A stretch of DNA of 64,000 bases. Origin: a virus. Taxonomy: Duplodnaviria > Caudoviricetes. Shown here piece by piece: positions 42,501 through 50,920 of the stretch. The stretch's first letter is position 1. Every line of letters begins with the position of its first letter. The notes beneath the pieces were generated by a model, which was given only the letters and a program-made list of their open reading frames with translations, was not told the DNA's origin and ran no database searches. The position numbers and the translations under genes were made by a program. The stretch spans positions 32,001 through 96,000 of IMG/VR virus record IMGVR_UViG_3300015607_004925; one strand, 5' to 3'.

Positions 42501-43857
42501 CGACGTGCTCGCCCGGGAACGCCACCACCGACCTCGCCATGTCGGCGGCCTTGAGCCAGATCTCCTTGCCCGACTTCACGTCACGCACCGGCGCGTAGAC
42601 GTCGCCCTTGTCGTCACGCTTGGCCCCGATGGCCATGCGGAGGTCGACGCCGATCTTGAAACTTTCGGGCGAGCGCGCCGGATCGATGATGCCGAAGTGG
42701 GTCGGATGGAGGTCGCGAGCCTCGAGCGGGATGGCGCGCTCGGACGCGATCGCACCCTCGCCGAGCATCGTGACGCGCGCCGCCTCATCAATCAGCTCCA
42801 TCGGGTTGATCTGCATCGGCACCGCCGATAGAGATGACCCGGTGAGCAGATCCCGCAGCGAGCGCGTGAACGGGCCGGCAGGCATCGCCTTCTTCAAGTT
42901 GCCGTGCGCGGCGTCGAGCTTGTAGCCGAGCTTCGAACGCATCGCGCGCGCGTCGAGCTGGACGCGCTCCTTCACGAAGTCGTCGACCGAGTGGAACGTC
43001 TTGAAGGCGAGCGAGTCGCGGTCATCGACGTCCGCCGCCGCCGCCTTGTGGATGTCGAGCAGCTTCTTCGACGCGGCGAGCATCGCTGCCGGCGACGCCT
43101 TCTCGTGCGGGTAACCCAAGGTGTGGAGGTTGACCTCGGGGTCCATCACGGTCTGGTCGAAGTACTCGCGCAGCACCCGTGCCCGCTCCTCGGGTGTCGC
43201 GGCGGTCTGCCGCGCCGGATGGATGAGCGTCTCGTACAGCTTGTCGACGTGCTTCTCGGGCGCCTTCCACGCGTCGCGGTTCACCGCCGCGACGGCATGT
43301 CCCCACGCGGACGCGATGTCCTGCTGGGGGACACCGAGCGCGCGTAGCACCGGGTGCAGCGGGATGCGTGACGTCGTGTGCGACGGCTGCATGTAGAGCA
43401 GGCCCTTCTCGGCGTCCATCGACACCTTGAAGTTGGCGCCCTTGGCGAGGTTGAAGCCTGCCTCCAGTTCTTCGTTGCCGCGCCGGCGCACGTACGCGCC
43501 AGGCTTCTGGCGCAGCTGGTTGGACACCGAGTACTCGGTGCCGTCGACGATGAACGTGTGCCGTGGCGTGAAGTACGGCAGCTGCAAGAGCGTGAAGTCC
43601 TTCGCGTGGTCGACCTGCGTGCCGGTCGCGTCCTTCACGGTGATGTCGCCCCGCACGCGCTCGGACAGCGTTCGACCCTCGAGGATCGCGCGTTTCTGCT
43701 CACGCGACGAGAACTCCTTGGGGTCGACGCGGACGTTCGTCAGCTCGAGTGTGTGCTTGCCCGCCTTGATCGGGAACGCCTGCGCAAGGCCTTCCACGAC
43801 CTTCTTGCGGATCATCTCGCGCCGCGTGGCGGAGTCCTCGAGGACAGGGCGAAGCAT
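39508..43857 (-). CDS. rpoBC: DNA-directed RNA polymerase, beta fused to beta' N-terminal half
   Basis: Beta motifs TFIVDGTE, RDLHPTHFGIIDP..SPE, NRVLMASKHQGQA, GDKLSNRYGNKGVI, GIVSRIN, GIGKME; then beta' motifs GGLFDP, HVDLAEP, SGRATI, NRAPSLH, catalytic NADYDGD. Confidence 0.93.
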   Translation of the reverse strand: MLRPVLEDSATRREMIRKKVVEGLAQAFPIKAGKHTLELTNVRVDPKEFSSREQKRAILEGRTLSERVRGDITVKDATGTQVDHAKDFTLLQLPYFTPRHTFIVDGTEYSVSNQLRQKPGAYVRRRGNEELEAGFNLAKGANFKVSMDAEKGLLYMQPSHTTSRIPLHPVLRALGVPQQDIASAWGHAVAAVNRDAWKAPEKHVDKLYETLIHPARQTAATPEERARVLREYFDQTVMDPEVNLHTLGYPHEKASPAAMLAASKKLLDIHKAAAADVDDRDSLAFKTFHSVDDFVKERVQLDARAMRSKLGYKLDAAHGNLKKAMPAGPFTRSLRDLLTGSSLSAVPMQINPMELIDEAARVTMLGEGAIASERAIPLEARDLHPTHFGIIDPARSPESFKIGVDLRMAIGAKRDDKGDVYAPVRDVKSGKEIWLKAADMARSVVAFPGEHVAPGKLVDAMKDGAVSRVRADEVTHQIIHDADQYGPTSNLLPFVYGIQGNRVLMASKHQGQALPLVHREAPLVQVESWKPGVSVEKEMVRLVVPTAPSAGTITKIDDDYIHFTPGAHKTSAEAQRIHYDTDFPLAAKTALHNTLTVKAGDRVEAGQPLAESNFTKDGTLALGTNLRVAYMPYRGLNTNDGIVVSQGAADKLVSEHMYQSTIDKNDTTKLNREKHRAYFGSRYTKAQYDKLDENGVARPGVVLHPGDPIMVGVREARTTGDAALLGKLSKSLVKPFDEVVEVWSHDKPGTVVDVADTAGRVSASVRTQEALQIGDKLSNRYGNKGVIAKIIPDHQMIQDQHGRPVDILFTSAGIVSRINPAQTIESMLGKVAEKTGKPIVVPPYVPGRDNVAYAKKLLEEHGLTDKETVLDPITGKKIPDIMVGKSYILKLFKTTDSNWAAHGAERYDYNQQPARGGDDGAKGIGKMEFDGLVAHNARNVLREAAAIKSQRNDEFWRAVQLGLPTPAPKSPFAYDKFLGMLTGAGVKVNKSGSRLSLGPLTDADVAAMSAGVLKDPQKLIRAKDLRPESGGLFDPTVTGGMAGTKWSHVDLAEPIVNPVFEEPVRRLLGLTQKEFTAHVGKGGHWFKSALGAIDVDDKLAELRAQSKKARGPALDGVVKQIKYLEALKERDLKPENAYVLSKIPVTPPVIRPILPLKDGKLQVGDANLLYKDAFLANDQLHGAKESLPAPEHAAPRQHLYDAVSALFGVGEPVSPGAEKRGAKGYLAAITGTRPGSGFFQSRIMKRQQDVSGRATIAPDPTLSMDEIGVPEGMLWGMYGKFVIGRLVRRGYSATDAQKMVDDRVPIAREELVNESRERPVMVNRAPSLHRFNIVGAYPKIIDGKTLKLNPFAEKGTNADYDGDAMQIHAPVTPGGVEDVKRMTLSHMIFADKRPGVLNVAPEMESLLGLHRATQAPNDKKTRHFASTEEAMAAYHRGEISLNDPIEVER

Positions 43858-43862
43858 GGAGA

Positions 43863-44141
43863 CTACTCCGGGTTCTGTGCGTCGAACGCACTCCAGCGTG
43901 CCGCGATCTCGACAGGGTCATGCGTGATGTCGGGATACGCTTTCTTGAAAGCGATCGAGCGCTTCGCACCCTTGATCGCCGCGTCCGGGTCGTCATACAC
44001 GAGATAGACGTTTTGGACGCCGTTCGGCTGCAGGACGCTGGGGAGCAGACATCCGGTTGGGATGTGGATGAAATGCAGTCCAACACCCGCGCCCTCGTTG
44101 CAGATGATGGTCCACGCGTCCCGTTGTTCTTGAGTCAGCAT
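43863..44141 (-). CDS. Hypothetical protein
   Basis: Start ATG 44141 (MLTQEQ); AT-rich upstream gap. Confidence 0.6.
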   Translation of the reverse strand: MLTQEQRDAWTIICNEGAGVGLHFIHIPTGCLLPSVLQPNGVQNVYLVYDDPDAAIKGAKRSIAFKKAYPDITHDPVEIAARWSAFDAQNPE

Positions 44142-44171
44142 ATGCACCCTTTCTTTGGTAGAAGTAGTTAC

Positions 44172-44546
44172 TTAGGGCATTTTCCGCGGTCGCGCCGCAG
44201 GTTCGGCGTCGCCGGCGGCGATGTTATCCGCCGGCGCGAGGCGCCGCCGGGGCGTCATCCAGCAGATCGCCACCAGGAAGTCGCCGTCCTTGGTGAACGT
44301 CTTCTCCTCGTAGCGGAGCACGGCGTCACCACGGAGGATCTCGTTCATCACGTCCTCGTAGTCCGCGGCGTCCGTCGGCACGGCGAACACCTTGATGTGC
44401 GCCTCGAAGTCGTACTCGACGCCGGGCTTCCCGCGCGCCGGGACGAACGCCTCGCGCCCTGCGAACGGGCTCGCGACGTCGCCCGGGCTCACGCGCTGCG
44501 CCTTCTCGATGACGTCGCCGAAGTCGGTCGATTCTGATCCAGCCAT
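44172..44546 (-). CDS. Hypothetical protein
   Basis: 124 aa between portal and RNA polymerase. Confidence 0.7.
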   Translation of the reverse strand: MAGSESTDFGDVIEKAQRVSPGDVASPFAGREAFVPARGKPGVEYDFEAHIKVFAVPTDAADYEDVMNEILRGDAVLRYEEKTFTKDGDFLVAICWMTPRRRLAPADNIAAGDAEPAARPRKMP

Positions 44547-44550
44547 AGGC

Positions 44551-44565
44551 GTTTATCCTATCACC
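44551..44565. promoter_or_regulatory. Palindromic operator-like site (GTTTAT-N3-ATAAAC family)
   Basis: gtttat-cct-atcacc, 4 nt upstream of ATG 44546. Confidence 0.55.
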
Positions 44566-44566
44566 C

Positions 44567-46354
44567 TCACGCCACCGGAAGCATGCCGCCACCGGAGAGG
44601 TCTCCGCCGCCGTTCTTGGCCGCCGCGATCGCCTGGTGGTTCTGCAGCGTCGTCTGCGTCTCGAGGCGGTCCTTCACGACCGCGTACATCACCGCGTCTT
44701 CGCCCTGGAGCGCGTGGAGTTGGGAGCGCCGCGAGCCCTCGTCCAACCCCATGAGCTGCTGGACGATCTGGTCGGCGTTCGCGATCACCATCTGCTGGTC
44801 GTAGCCGAGCCCGCCCTGCTGTCCCATCGCCGCCTGCGCGCGCGCCTGGTTGGCCAGGTTCGACTGGCGCTTCTGCATCTCGTTCTGCAGTTCCTGCTGG
44901 ACGCGCGCCTCCTCGAGCGCCTCCTGCTTGCGCCACTTCCGCTCGTCCTGCGGGTCGACGTCGAACGCCTCGCCGAGCGTGCGCTTCGACAACCATGGGC
45001 CCGTCGTCGGATCCGCCATGTTGAGTTGCAGGAGCAGCGCCTTCTGTTGGACGTCGTCGATGAACCGGAACGGCGCGAGCGAGCACTCGACCGTGCCGCG
45101 GCCGAGCTTCTTCGCCGACATGTCCGTGATCCACTGGAGCAGGTCGTTGAGATCGCCGGTCTGGTGGACGAGTTGGTTTTCGAGCACGCGGAGCTGGATG
45201 CCCGAACCCATCGCCGAGAAGCCGCCGTAGATGAACTCCTTCGGCAAGCCCAGCGCGGCGATGATGTTGTCCTCGGCCGCCTGGACCTCGCCGAGGGTCA
45301 TGAGCGCACGGGCTTGGCCGCCGAGGTGCGTGACCTCGGCGGGAATCGGCGACCACATGATGTGGAGCGGGTCGCGGCGCCACTTCTTGACCGAGTGCTT
45401 CATCTCGTCCGACCACTTCGAGAGCGAGATGGTCAGCATCGGGTCTGCGTTGCCGCTGGCGACCTTGGGCGAGATGATCCGAAGCGGGACGACGTAGTCG
45501 AGCGCGATGGCCTCGTTTGCCTTGCGCAGCACCGCCGCGTAGAAGAACAACTTGATCGTCGACGCGAGCGGCGGGAAACCCCACTGGGCCTCGATGCCCG
45601 CCGGCGCGTCCATGCGCATGTGGAAGACCTGCCCCTCGGCGAACTTGAAGATCTTGTCGTCGCGGAGCGCCTTCAAGAACTCCATCGGCATCGTGTCGAT
45701 GAGGTGCTTGGACCCCTTCGCCGCGCGCTCCTTCAGTTCCTTGGGGATGGTGTAGAAGTACTCGCTGTGGCCGGTGATGGGGTTGTAGTCGATGTCCATC
45801 AGCTTCGGGTCCCAGCGGATCACCGAGAGCCGGTCCTTGCGGGTGATCGGCTTATCGACGACGTGTCGGTGATCGATCAGCACGCGCTGCCGACACCCGG
45901 CGCACTCGTAGTCGAACGAGAGCTTCTTCAGCTTGAACTTGTACGTGACCTGCGTGATGTTGGTCAGCTGGTCGCACTTCGTGCACTTCAGGAAGCGCGC
46001 GAAGGGTGAGTACATCGAGAAGAACGCGTTGCCGTAAACGAACTTGTCGACGGCGGCGCGGATGAGGATGCGCTTGGTCTTCAGCGTCTTGTCGTGCAGG
46101 TTCTCGTAGTAGTCCTTGAGCGACTCGTTCTGCGTCTCGTAGACGATGTCGGTCACCGGGTACGTGCAGAACTTCTGCAACGCGGCGTAGATCTGGGAGC
46201 TGTTGAAGTAGAGGTACTCGCACAGCCGAAACAGGTCCTTCAGCTTCCGCGGCGCGAACGCCGTCAAGAAGTCGAACAGGGGGCTGCCATGCGAGGCCGT
46301 GTTGTGGCCTGCAAGGTCCGCGACGCCAGGGTCAAACATTCCGTCAGCCATCAT
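44567..46354 (-). CDS. Portal protein with inserted Zn ribbon
   Basis: 595 aa; DKFVYGNAF, RWDPK, VFHMR..WGFPPL, IIAALGLPKEFIYG; CTKC...CAGC insertion. Confidence 0.8.
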   Translation of the reverse strand: MMADGMFDPGVADLAGHNTASHGSPLFDFLTAFAPRKLKDLFRLCEYLYFNSSQIYAALQKFCTYPVTDIVYETQNESLKDYYENLHDKTLKTKRILIRAAVDKFVYGNAFFSMYSPFARFLKCTKCDQLTNITQVTYKFKLKKLSFDYECAGCRQRVLIDHRHVVDKPITRKDRLSVIRWDPKLMDIDYNPITGHSEYFYTIPKELKERAAKGSKHLIDTMPMEFLKALRDDKIFKFAEGQVFHMRMDAPAGIEAQWGFPPLASTIKLFFYAAVLRKANEAIALDYVVPLRIISPKVASGNADPMLTISLSKWSDEMKHSVKKWRRDPLHIMWSPIPAEVTHLGGQARALMTLGEVQAAEDNIIAALGLPKEFIYGGFSAMGSGIQLRVLENQLVHQTGDLNDLLQWITDMSAKKLGRGTVECSLAPFRFIDDVQQKALLLQLNMADPTTGPWLSKRTLGEAFDVDPQDERKWRKQEALEEARVQQELQNEMQKRQSNLANQARAQAAMGQQGGLGYDQQMVIANADQIVQQLMGLDEGSRRSQLHALQGEDAVMYAVVKDRLETQTTLQNHQAIAAAKNGGGDLSGGGMLPVA

Positions 46355-46369
46355 TCATCTCGCTTTGGT

Positions 46370-46384
46370 GTTTATCCCATAGAC
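46370..46384. promoter_or_regulatory. Palindromic operator-like site
   Basis: gtttat-ccc-atagac in the portal/helicase divergent gap. Confidence 0.6.
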
Positions 46385-46394
46385 GTCGACCGTC

Positions 46395-46400
46395 ATGGTA
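46395..46400 (-). promoter_or_regulatory. Putative late promoter -10 box upstream of portal
   Basis: ttc-TACCAT, with the palindrome 10 nt downstream. Confidence 0.4.
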
Positions 46401-48398
46401 GAAAGACAGCCGCGAATGCCTGCACGTATGGAAGTCCGCGTTGGCCGCGCGGGGAACGGCACCCCTGTGTTCATGGTGGCCGGCAACCACCCATCCTTCA
46501 GCCGCCCCTTCGGTGCGATCTGGGACGAGACCCGCGCGATGTGGATGTACCCGGCTTTCTTCCCGGCGTCCCAGAAGGTCCTCTCGGACCTCGAGGTGAT
46601 CTCGGGCGAGGTCGATGTCATCCTGTCCGACCCCGTGAAGCGGCACGTGGCCGCCCTCGAGCAGGTCCGTGACCGACTCGCGCAACGCGCGCTGCCCCCG
46701 GGCTTCGAGTTCGTCACCAAGCCGTACGAACACCAGATCGACGGGTTGTGTCACGTGTACTACCTGATGCGCGCGGCGCTTTTCTACGAGCAGGGGCTCG
46801 GCAAGTGCAAGATCGCCGTCGATCTTGTGCGCCTGCTGCGGGCGACCGGCGTCCGCACGACGGCCCTGGTTCTTGGGCCCCGTGTCACCGTCCAGAACTG
46901 GGGCCGTGAGATCGACCTTCATTCGGGCAGGGCCCTCTCGTGGATCACGATCACCGGCACGCCCAAGCAGAAACAGGCCGCGATCGAACGGGCGGCTGCT
47001 GAGGGTACAGACATCGTGTTGTCCACGTACGACACCGCTAGAAGTTTAGTGGATTCGCTGGTCTCGCGGCTACCTTACGGCATCCTCGTCTGCGACGAGA
47101 GCCACAACGTCAAGTCCTGGCGGTCGGAACGGACGAAGACGACGTGGGAGATCGCCCAGAAAGCGAGCCGGCGGATCCTCATGACGGGCTCGCCGACCGA
47201 AGGCAACCCGCTCGACTTGTACGGGCCGTACAAGATCCTGGGCGACTGCTTCATGCCGGAGAACTACTTCGCCTACAAGAAGAAGTTCGTCGAGACCGCC
47301 GGCCCCAACTCCCCCATCGTGCGCGGCTTCAAGCACCTCGACGTCCTGAACGCGCGAACCGTCTTCCTCAGCTCGCGGCGCACCAAGGCGCAATGCCTAG
47401 ACCTGCCGCCGCGTACGTTCGTCGACGTCGAGTACGAGCTGAGCGACACCCAAGGCGTTGCGTACAACCAGATCGTCACGACGCTCGGCATCGACCCGGT
47501 CACGATCCACGAACTGGTGACCGTCCTGCGCAGCGGCGACCCGACGCGTGCGCTGCAAGCGCCGGCTTTGCCGCCCGCCATGGAGCTACCCCACCGTGCG
47601 GCTGCGCTCATCAAGCTGCAGCAGATCACGAGCGGATTCCTGGTGAAGAACGAGAAGGACCCTTCGTTCTGTGACAATGCCGGCGCCGGTGGCGGTCCGT
47701 GCGTGTACATGCGGGGCTGTGTCGACAACGGCATCAAGCCGCACACGCCCCGCTGCGAGGTCGACAAGACGCCGTGGCCCCGCTCGATCTCGTTCTTTGA
47801 CAAGAACCCCAAGCTCGACGCGATCGTCGAGAAGCTCGCCGATGTTCTCGTCCAGGCCGAGAGCAAGGTCATCGTGTGGTGTACGCACATCGACGAGATG
47901 AACCTGCTCGCTGCACGGATCACCGAGAACGACATCCGCTACGTGCGCCTCGACGGTGGTGCTGACCCACAGCCCGTCATCGACGCGTTCAACCTCGATC
48001 CAGAGGTCCGCGTCCTCATCGGACAGGAGTCGATGGGCGTCGGCATCACCCTCAACGCCGCCGACTACGTGATCTACAGCTCGCTGCCGCTGTCACTGAA
48101 CCGCTGGACGCAGACGCTCGACCGCAACTATCGCATCGGTCAGAAGCGCAACGTCACGGTCTACCGCATGGTCGGGCGCGGCACGCTCGAGGCTCCGATC
48201 GCTCACCTGCTCGACCACAAGATCAACGTGGACGAACTGCTGACCGTCAAGATCGAGTGCGGCCTCTGCCCGCGCGTCGTCCCGTGCCGGGACGCCGGCA
48301 TCGAACCCTTCGATACCGGCTGCATCCACCCCACCCGCGTCGCGCGCCCGACCATCAAGGCGCGTGTCTTGCCGATGTTCCCTGGAGGCAACTCGTGA
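46395..48398 (+). CDS. SNF2-family helicase
   Basis: PYEHQ, EQGLGK, CDESH, MTGSP, GVGITLNAA, RNYRIGQ; start may be 46416 or 46428. Confidence 0.9.
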   Translation: MVERQPRMPARMEVRVGRAGNGTPVFMVAGNHPSFSRPFGAIWDETRAMWMYPAFFPASQKVLSDLEVISGEVDVILSDPVKRHVAALEQVRDRLAQRALPPGFEFVTKPYEHQIDGLCHVYYLMRAALFYEQGLGKCKIAVDLVRLLRATGVRTTALVLGPRVTVQNWGREIDLHSGRALSWITITGTPKQKQAAIERAAAEGTDIVLSTYDTARSLVDSLVSRLPYGILVCDESHNVKSWRSERTKTTWEIAQKASRRILMTGSPTEGNPLDLYGPYKILGDCFMPENYFAYKKKFVETAGPNSPIVRGFKHLDVLNARTVFLSSRRTKAQCLDLPPRTFVDVEYELSDTQGVAYNQIVTTLGIDPVTIHELVTVLRSGDPTRALQAPALPPAMELPHRAAALIKLQQITSGFLVKNEKDPSFCDNAGAGGGPCVYMRGCVDNGIKPHTPRCEVDKTPWPRSISFFDKNPKLDAIVEKLADVLVQAESKVIVWCTHIDEMNLLAARITENDIRYVRLDGGADPQPVIDAFNLDPEVRVLIGQESMGVGITLNAADYVIYSSLPLSLNRWTQTLDRNYRIGQKRNVTVYRMVGRGTLEAPIAHLLDHKINVDELLTVKIECGLCPRVVPCRDAGIEPFDTGCIHPTRVARPTIKARVLPMFPGGNS

Positions 48399-48811
48399 AG
48401 ATCAAGGTGACGTACGAAGAGTCCGACCTCAAGCAGCTCATTCGCCTCGACCTGGCGCGCCAGGGCATCGTCGCGACGGACGCCGACATCGTGCTCGCCA
48501 AGGGCAAGGCTGAGATCGCCGTCGAGGTGTCGCGTGATGATGCCGCCTTGGCTGAACCCACCCCGACGCTCGAGCACACACCGCCGCCACCGCCGGCGCC
48601 GGCACCGCCGCCACCGCCGGCGCCGGCGCCGGCGCCGGCGCCGACGAAGGAGCCCGGGCTGCAGGTTGTCGAGGGCGGCAACAACCCGGTCGACATGTCC
48701 GACGTGCTCGGGCAGTCGGCGCGGATCGCGCGGTCTGGTGGCGGCAAGTTCCCCGTCCCCGAACGGCAGATGATGGATGGCGAGTCGTTCGACTTCCCCA
48801 CGGACAAGTAG
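48395..48811 (+). CDS. Hypothetical protein with Pro/Ala linker
   Basis: GTG 48395 (GTGA overlap, GGAGG RBS): MKIKVTYEE. Confidence 0.7.
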   Translation: MKIKVTYEESDLKQLIRLDLARQGIVATDADIVLAKGKAEIAVEVSRDDAALAEPTPTLEHTPPPPPAPAPPPPPAPAPAPAPTKEPGLQVVEGGNNPVDMSDVLGQSARIARSGGGKFPVPERQMMDGESFDFPTDK

Positions 48812-48816
48812 CCACG

Positions 48817-49008
48817 GTGCCCCACTACTCACGGCACTGCGAGACGTGCGCCGTGGTCATCAAGTCCCCGCACGTCTTCTGCGCGGCCTGCGAGCCGCCC
48901 CTCACGCTCCACGAAGAACTGACGCTGCTGACGCCGGAGGAATGGCGCGTCGTGCATCCGTACTTGCCGCGTCAGCGTTGGCTGAACTTGCTCAAGGAGA
49001 CGACATGA
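48817..49008 (+). CDS. Small Zn-finger protein
   Basis: CETC...CAAC. Confidence 0.55.
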   Translation: MPHYSRHCETCAVVIKSPHVFCAACEPPLTLHEELTLLTPEEWRVVHPYLPRQRWLNLLKETT

Positions 49009-49967
49009 CCACAGGCCTCGAAGAAGTAGAGAACATCCTCGACCCCGAGATCGACGTGCCGGTCGAGATCGAGCCGGAACTCGTCGACATCCTGCCGCGC
49101 GGCTACTTGTCGCCCTCGCAGATCAACATGTACCTGAACTGCCCACGTGCGTGGGAGCTGGCCTACGTGCAGGGCAAGCAACGCAAGACCGTGGCGCGCA
49201 TGTTCCAGGGCATCTTCGTCCACAACGCCACCGAGGCGGTGCTCAAGGAGCGCCTCACGACCGGTGCGCTGCCGCCGGTCGAGCTGGCGACCGACACGTT
49301 CTCGGACGCGTTCGAGAACGGCAAGAAGCACATCGAGGACTGGGAGGACGAGGACGAGGGCGCAGTCAAGGACACCGGCATCAAGTGCACGCGCGCCTAC
49401 TACGACGAGGCCGCGCCGGACGCGACGCCGATCACCGTCGAGAAGACGTTCACCACCATCATCCGCTCGGCGGACGGCAAAGTGAAGCTGCCCATCCTGG
49501 GGCGCATCGACTCCGAACAGGTGCAGGCCCACACGGACCGCGAGTATCAGGAGATCCGCCAGAAGCTGGCCGCCCTGCCAAAGTCCGACGACAACGTCAT
49601 CCTGACCAAGGAGGCGATGCAGGCGATCAAGAAGCCACTGCGCATCCACGACCTCAAGGTCACCACCGACAAGTGGAACCAGAGCGACCTCGACAACGAC
49701 CTGCAATTCATCCTGTACGCCGGCGCCGAGCACATCCCTGACGTGCAGGTTGACCAGGTCGTGAAGGGCCGCGCGAAGACGCCGCGCCCCCGCTACGAGA
49801 AGCTCACCGGCGTCATCACGAACCAACAGGTCCAGCACGCCACCAAGGTGGTCGAAGGCGTTGCTCGCGGCATCGCGCTCGGACACTTCCCGATGACCAA
49901 TCCGGGCAACTGGTGGTGCAGCGAGAAGTGGTGCTCGATGTGGCGGCATTGTCGGGGGAAAAAGTAG
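49005..49967 (+). CDS. PD-(D/E)XK (RecB/Cas4-like) nuclease
   Basis: ATG 49005 with AAGGAG; LSPSQ..CP, GRID, HDLK, QFILY, C-terminal CSEKWC...C cluster. Confidence 0.8.
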   Translation: MTTGLEEVENILDPEIDVPVEIEPELVDILPRGYLSPSQINMYLNCPRAWELAYVQGKQRKTVARMFQGIFVHNATEAVLKERLTTGALPPVELATDTFSDAFENGKKHIEDWEDEDEGAVKDTGIKCTRAYYDEAAPDATPITVEKTFTTIIRSADGKVKLPILGRIDSEQVQAHTDREYQEIRQKLAALPKSDDNVILTKEAMQAIKKPLRIHDLKVTTDKWNQSDLDNDLQFILYAGAEHIPDVQVDQVVKGRAKTPRPRYEKLTGVITNQQVQHATKVVEGVARGIALGHFPMTNPGNWWCSEKWCSMWRHCRGKK

Positions 49968-49997
49968 ACGCGTCGCCGTGTCTCGTGTTACGGGTAG

Positions 49998-50012
49998 GTT
50001 TATGACGCAAAC
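49998..50012. promoter_or_regulatory. Palindromic operator-like site
   Basis: gtttat-gac-gcaaac overlapping ATG 50002. Confidence 0.55.
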
Positions 50013-50352
50013 ACAGCCGAACAAGAGCAGTCCTTCCGTAGGCACCGCGGCGGCCCAGGCGGCCGCCGGTCACGCCACCACGAACAAGTCCGCCGAGACC
50101 AAGCCCGTGGACGCCAAGGCCGCCGCCACCGGCACCGGCACCAGCACCGGCGCCACGACGGACGAGCAGGCCCCGACGGACAAGAAGCGTGCGTCGAAGA
50201 AGCGGGTCTTCGTCGCCGTCGGCGAGGTCTACGAGTTCGAGACCGTCAACCAGGCCGAGAAGTTCCTCAACGGCCCGGAGGCGCCGACCGGCGAGTACGC
50301 CGTCCTCCGAGGCACCCGAACCCGCACCAGCAAGCGCGTGTCCCTGCGCTAG
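50002..50352 (+). CDS. Hypothetical protein
   Basis: MTQTQPNK; low-complexity N-terminus, small basic C-terminal domain. Confidence 0.65.
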   Translation: MTQTQPNKSSPSVGTAAAQAAAGHATTNKSAETKPVDAKAAATGTGTSTGATTDEQAPTDKKRASKKRVFVAVGEVYEFETVNQAEKFLNGPEAPTGEYAVLRGTRTRTSKRVSLR

Positions 50353-50361
50353 AGTCAAGGG

Positions 50362-50526
50362 ATGGACAAGTACGCAGTCGAGACCGACCCCGAGGCCGTG
50401 AAGACGGCTTCCGAGAGCAAGGAGCCGGCATGTCCGTCCTGCGGCAGCAAGTTGATGCCGGGAGCCAACGTGCCGCGGTGCCCGCGGTGCGGGACCCAGC
50501 CGTTCGAGGCGAAGCGCGCGCCGTGA
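50362..50526 (+). CDS. Small Zn-ribbon protein (54 aa)
   Basis: MDKYAVETDPEAVKTASESKEPACPSCGSKLMPGANVPRCPRCGTQPFEAKRAP; not in ORF track. Confidence 0.7.
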   Translation: MDKYAVETDPEAVKTASESKEPACPSCGSKLMPGANVPRCPRCGTQPFEAKRAP

Positions 50527-50765
50527 GCCGCAAGCGCGGTAGCCGGAGCGGCATCAGCGGACGTGTCGCACAGGACATGGCCGGGCGCCTCGCGCGCGTG
50601 CGTGCGCTCTGGTTCGCTGTGCAGAACGACCCGAAGGCGACCGTCGAAGACGTCGCGTCGGAGTTCTATTTCGCGGTCGGCGAACTGCTCGAAGGCAAGG
50701 CCATCGACGCGATCACGTTGCGTACCATCGACCGTGAGCGCGTCCGCGCGCACACGGAGGAGTAA
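50523..50765 (+). CDS. Hypothetical protein
   Basis: GTG 50523 overlapping upstream stop. Confidence 0.6.
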   Translation: MSRKRGSRSGISGRVAQDMAGRLARVRALWFAVQNDPKATVEDVASEFYFAVGELLEGKAIDAITLRTIDRERVRAHTEE

Positions 50766-50767
50766 GC

Positions 50768-50920
50768 ATGCGCCTAGTGACCTCGGCACGCTTGCGTGCC
50801 GTGGCCCTGCTGTTGATCGAGGCTGCCGGCTTCGCGCTCCTGATCTACGACCGCGTCGGCGGCGATGGTCAGGTGCGCGAAGCCGTCGTGCGTCTACGGT
50901 TGAAGGCAAGGGCTCTGTGA
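50768..50920 (+). CDS. Small hydrophobic protein (50 aa)
   Basis: MRLVTSARLRAVALLLIEAAGFALLIYDR...; GGAGG upstream; fills the gap exactly. Confidence 0.5.
   Translation: MRLVTSARLRAVALLLIEAAGFALLIYDRVGGDGQVREAVVRLRLKARAL

Noticed and set aside
36266-43857. Host rpoBC locus or chimeric assembly
   Set aside because: Highly reduced and divergent, no ribosomal-protein neighbours, translationally coupled to phage genes
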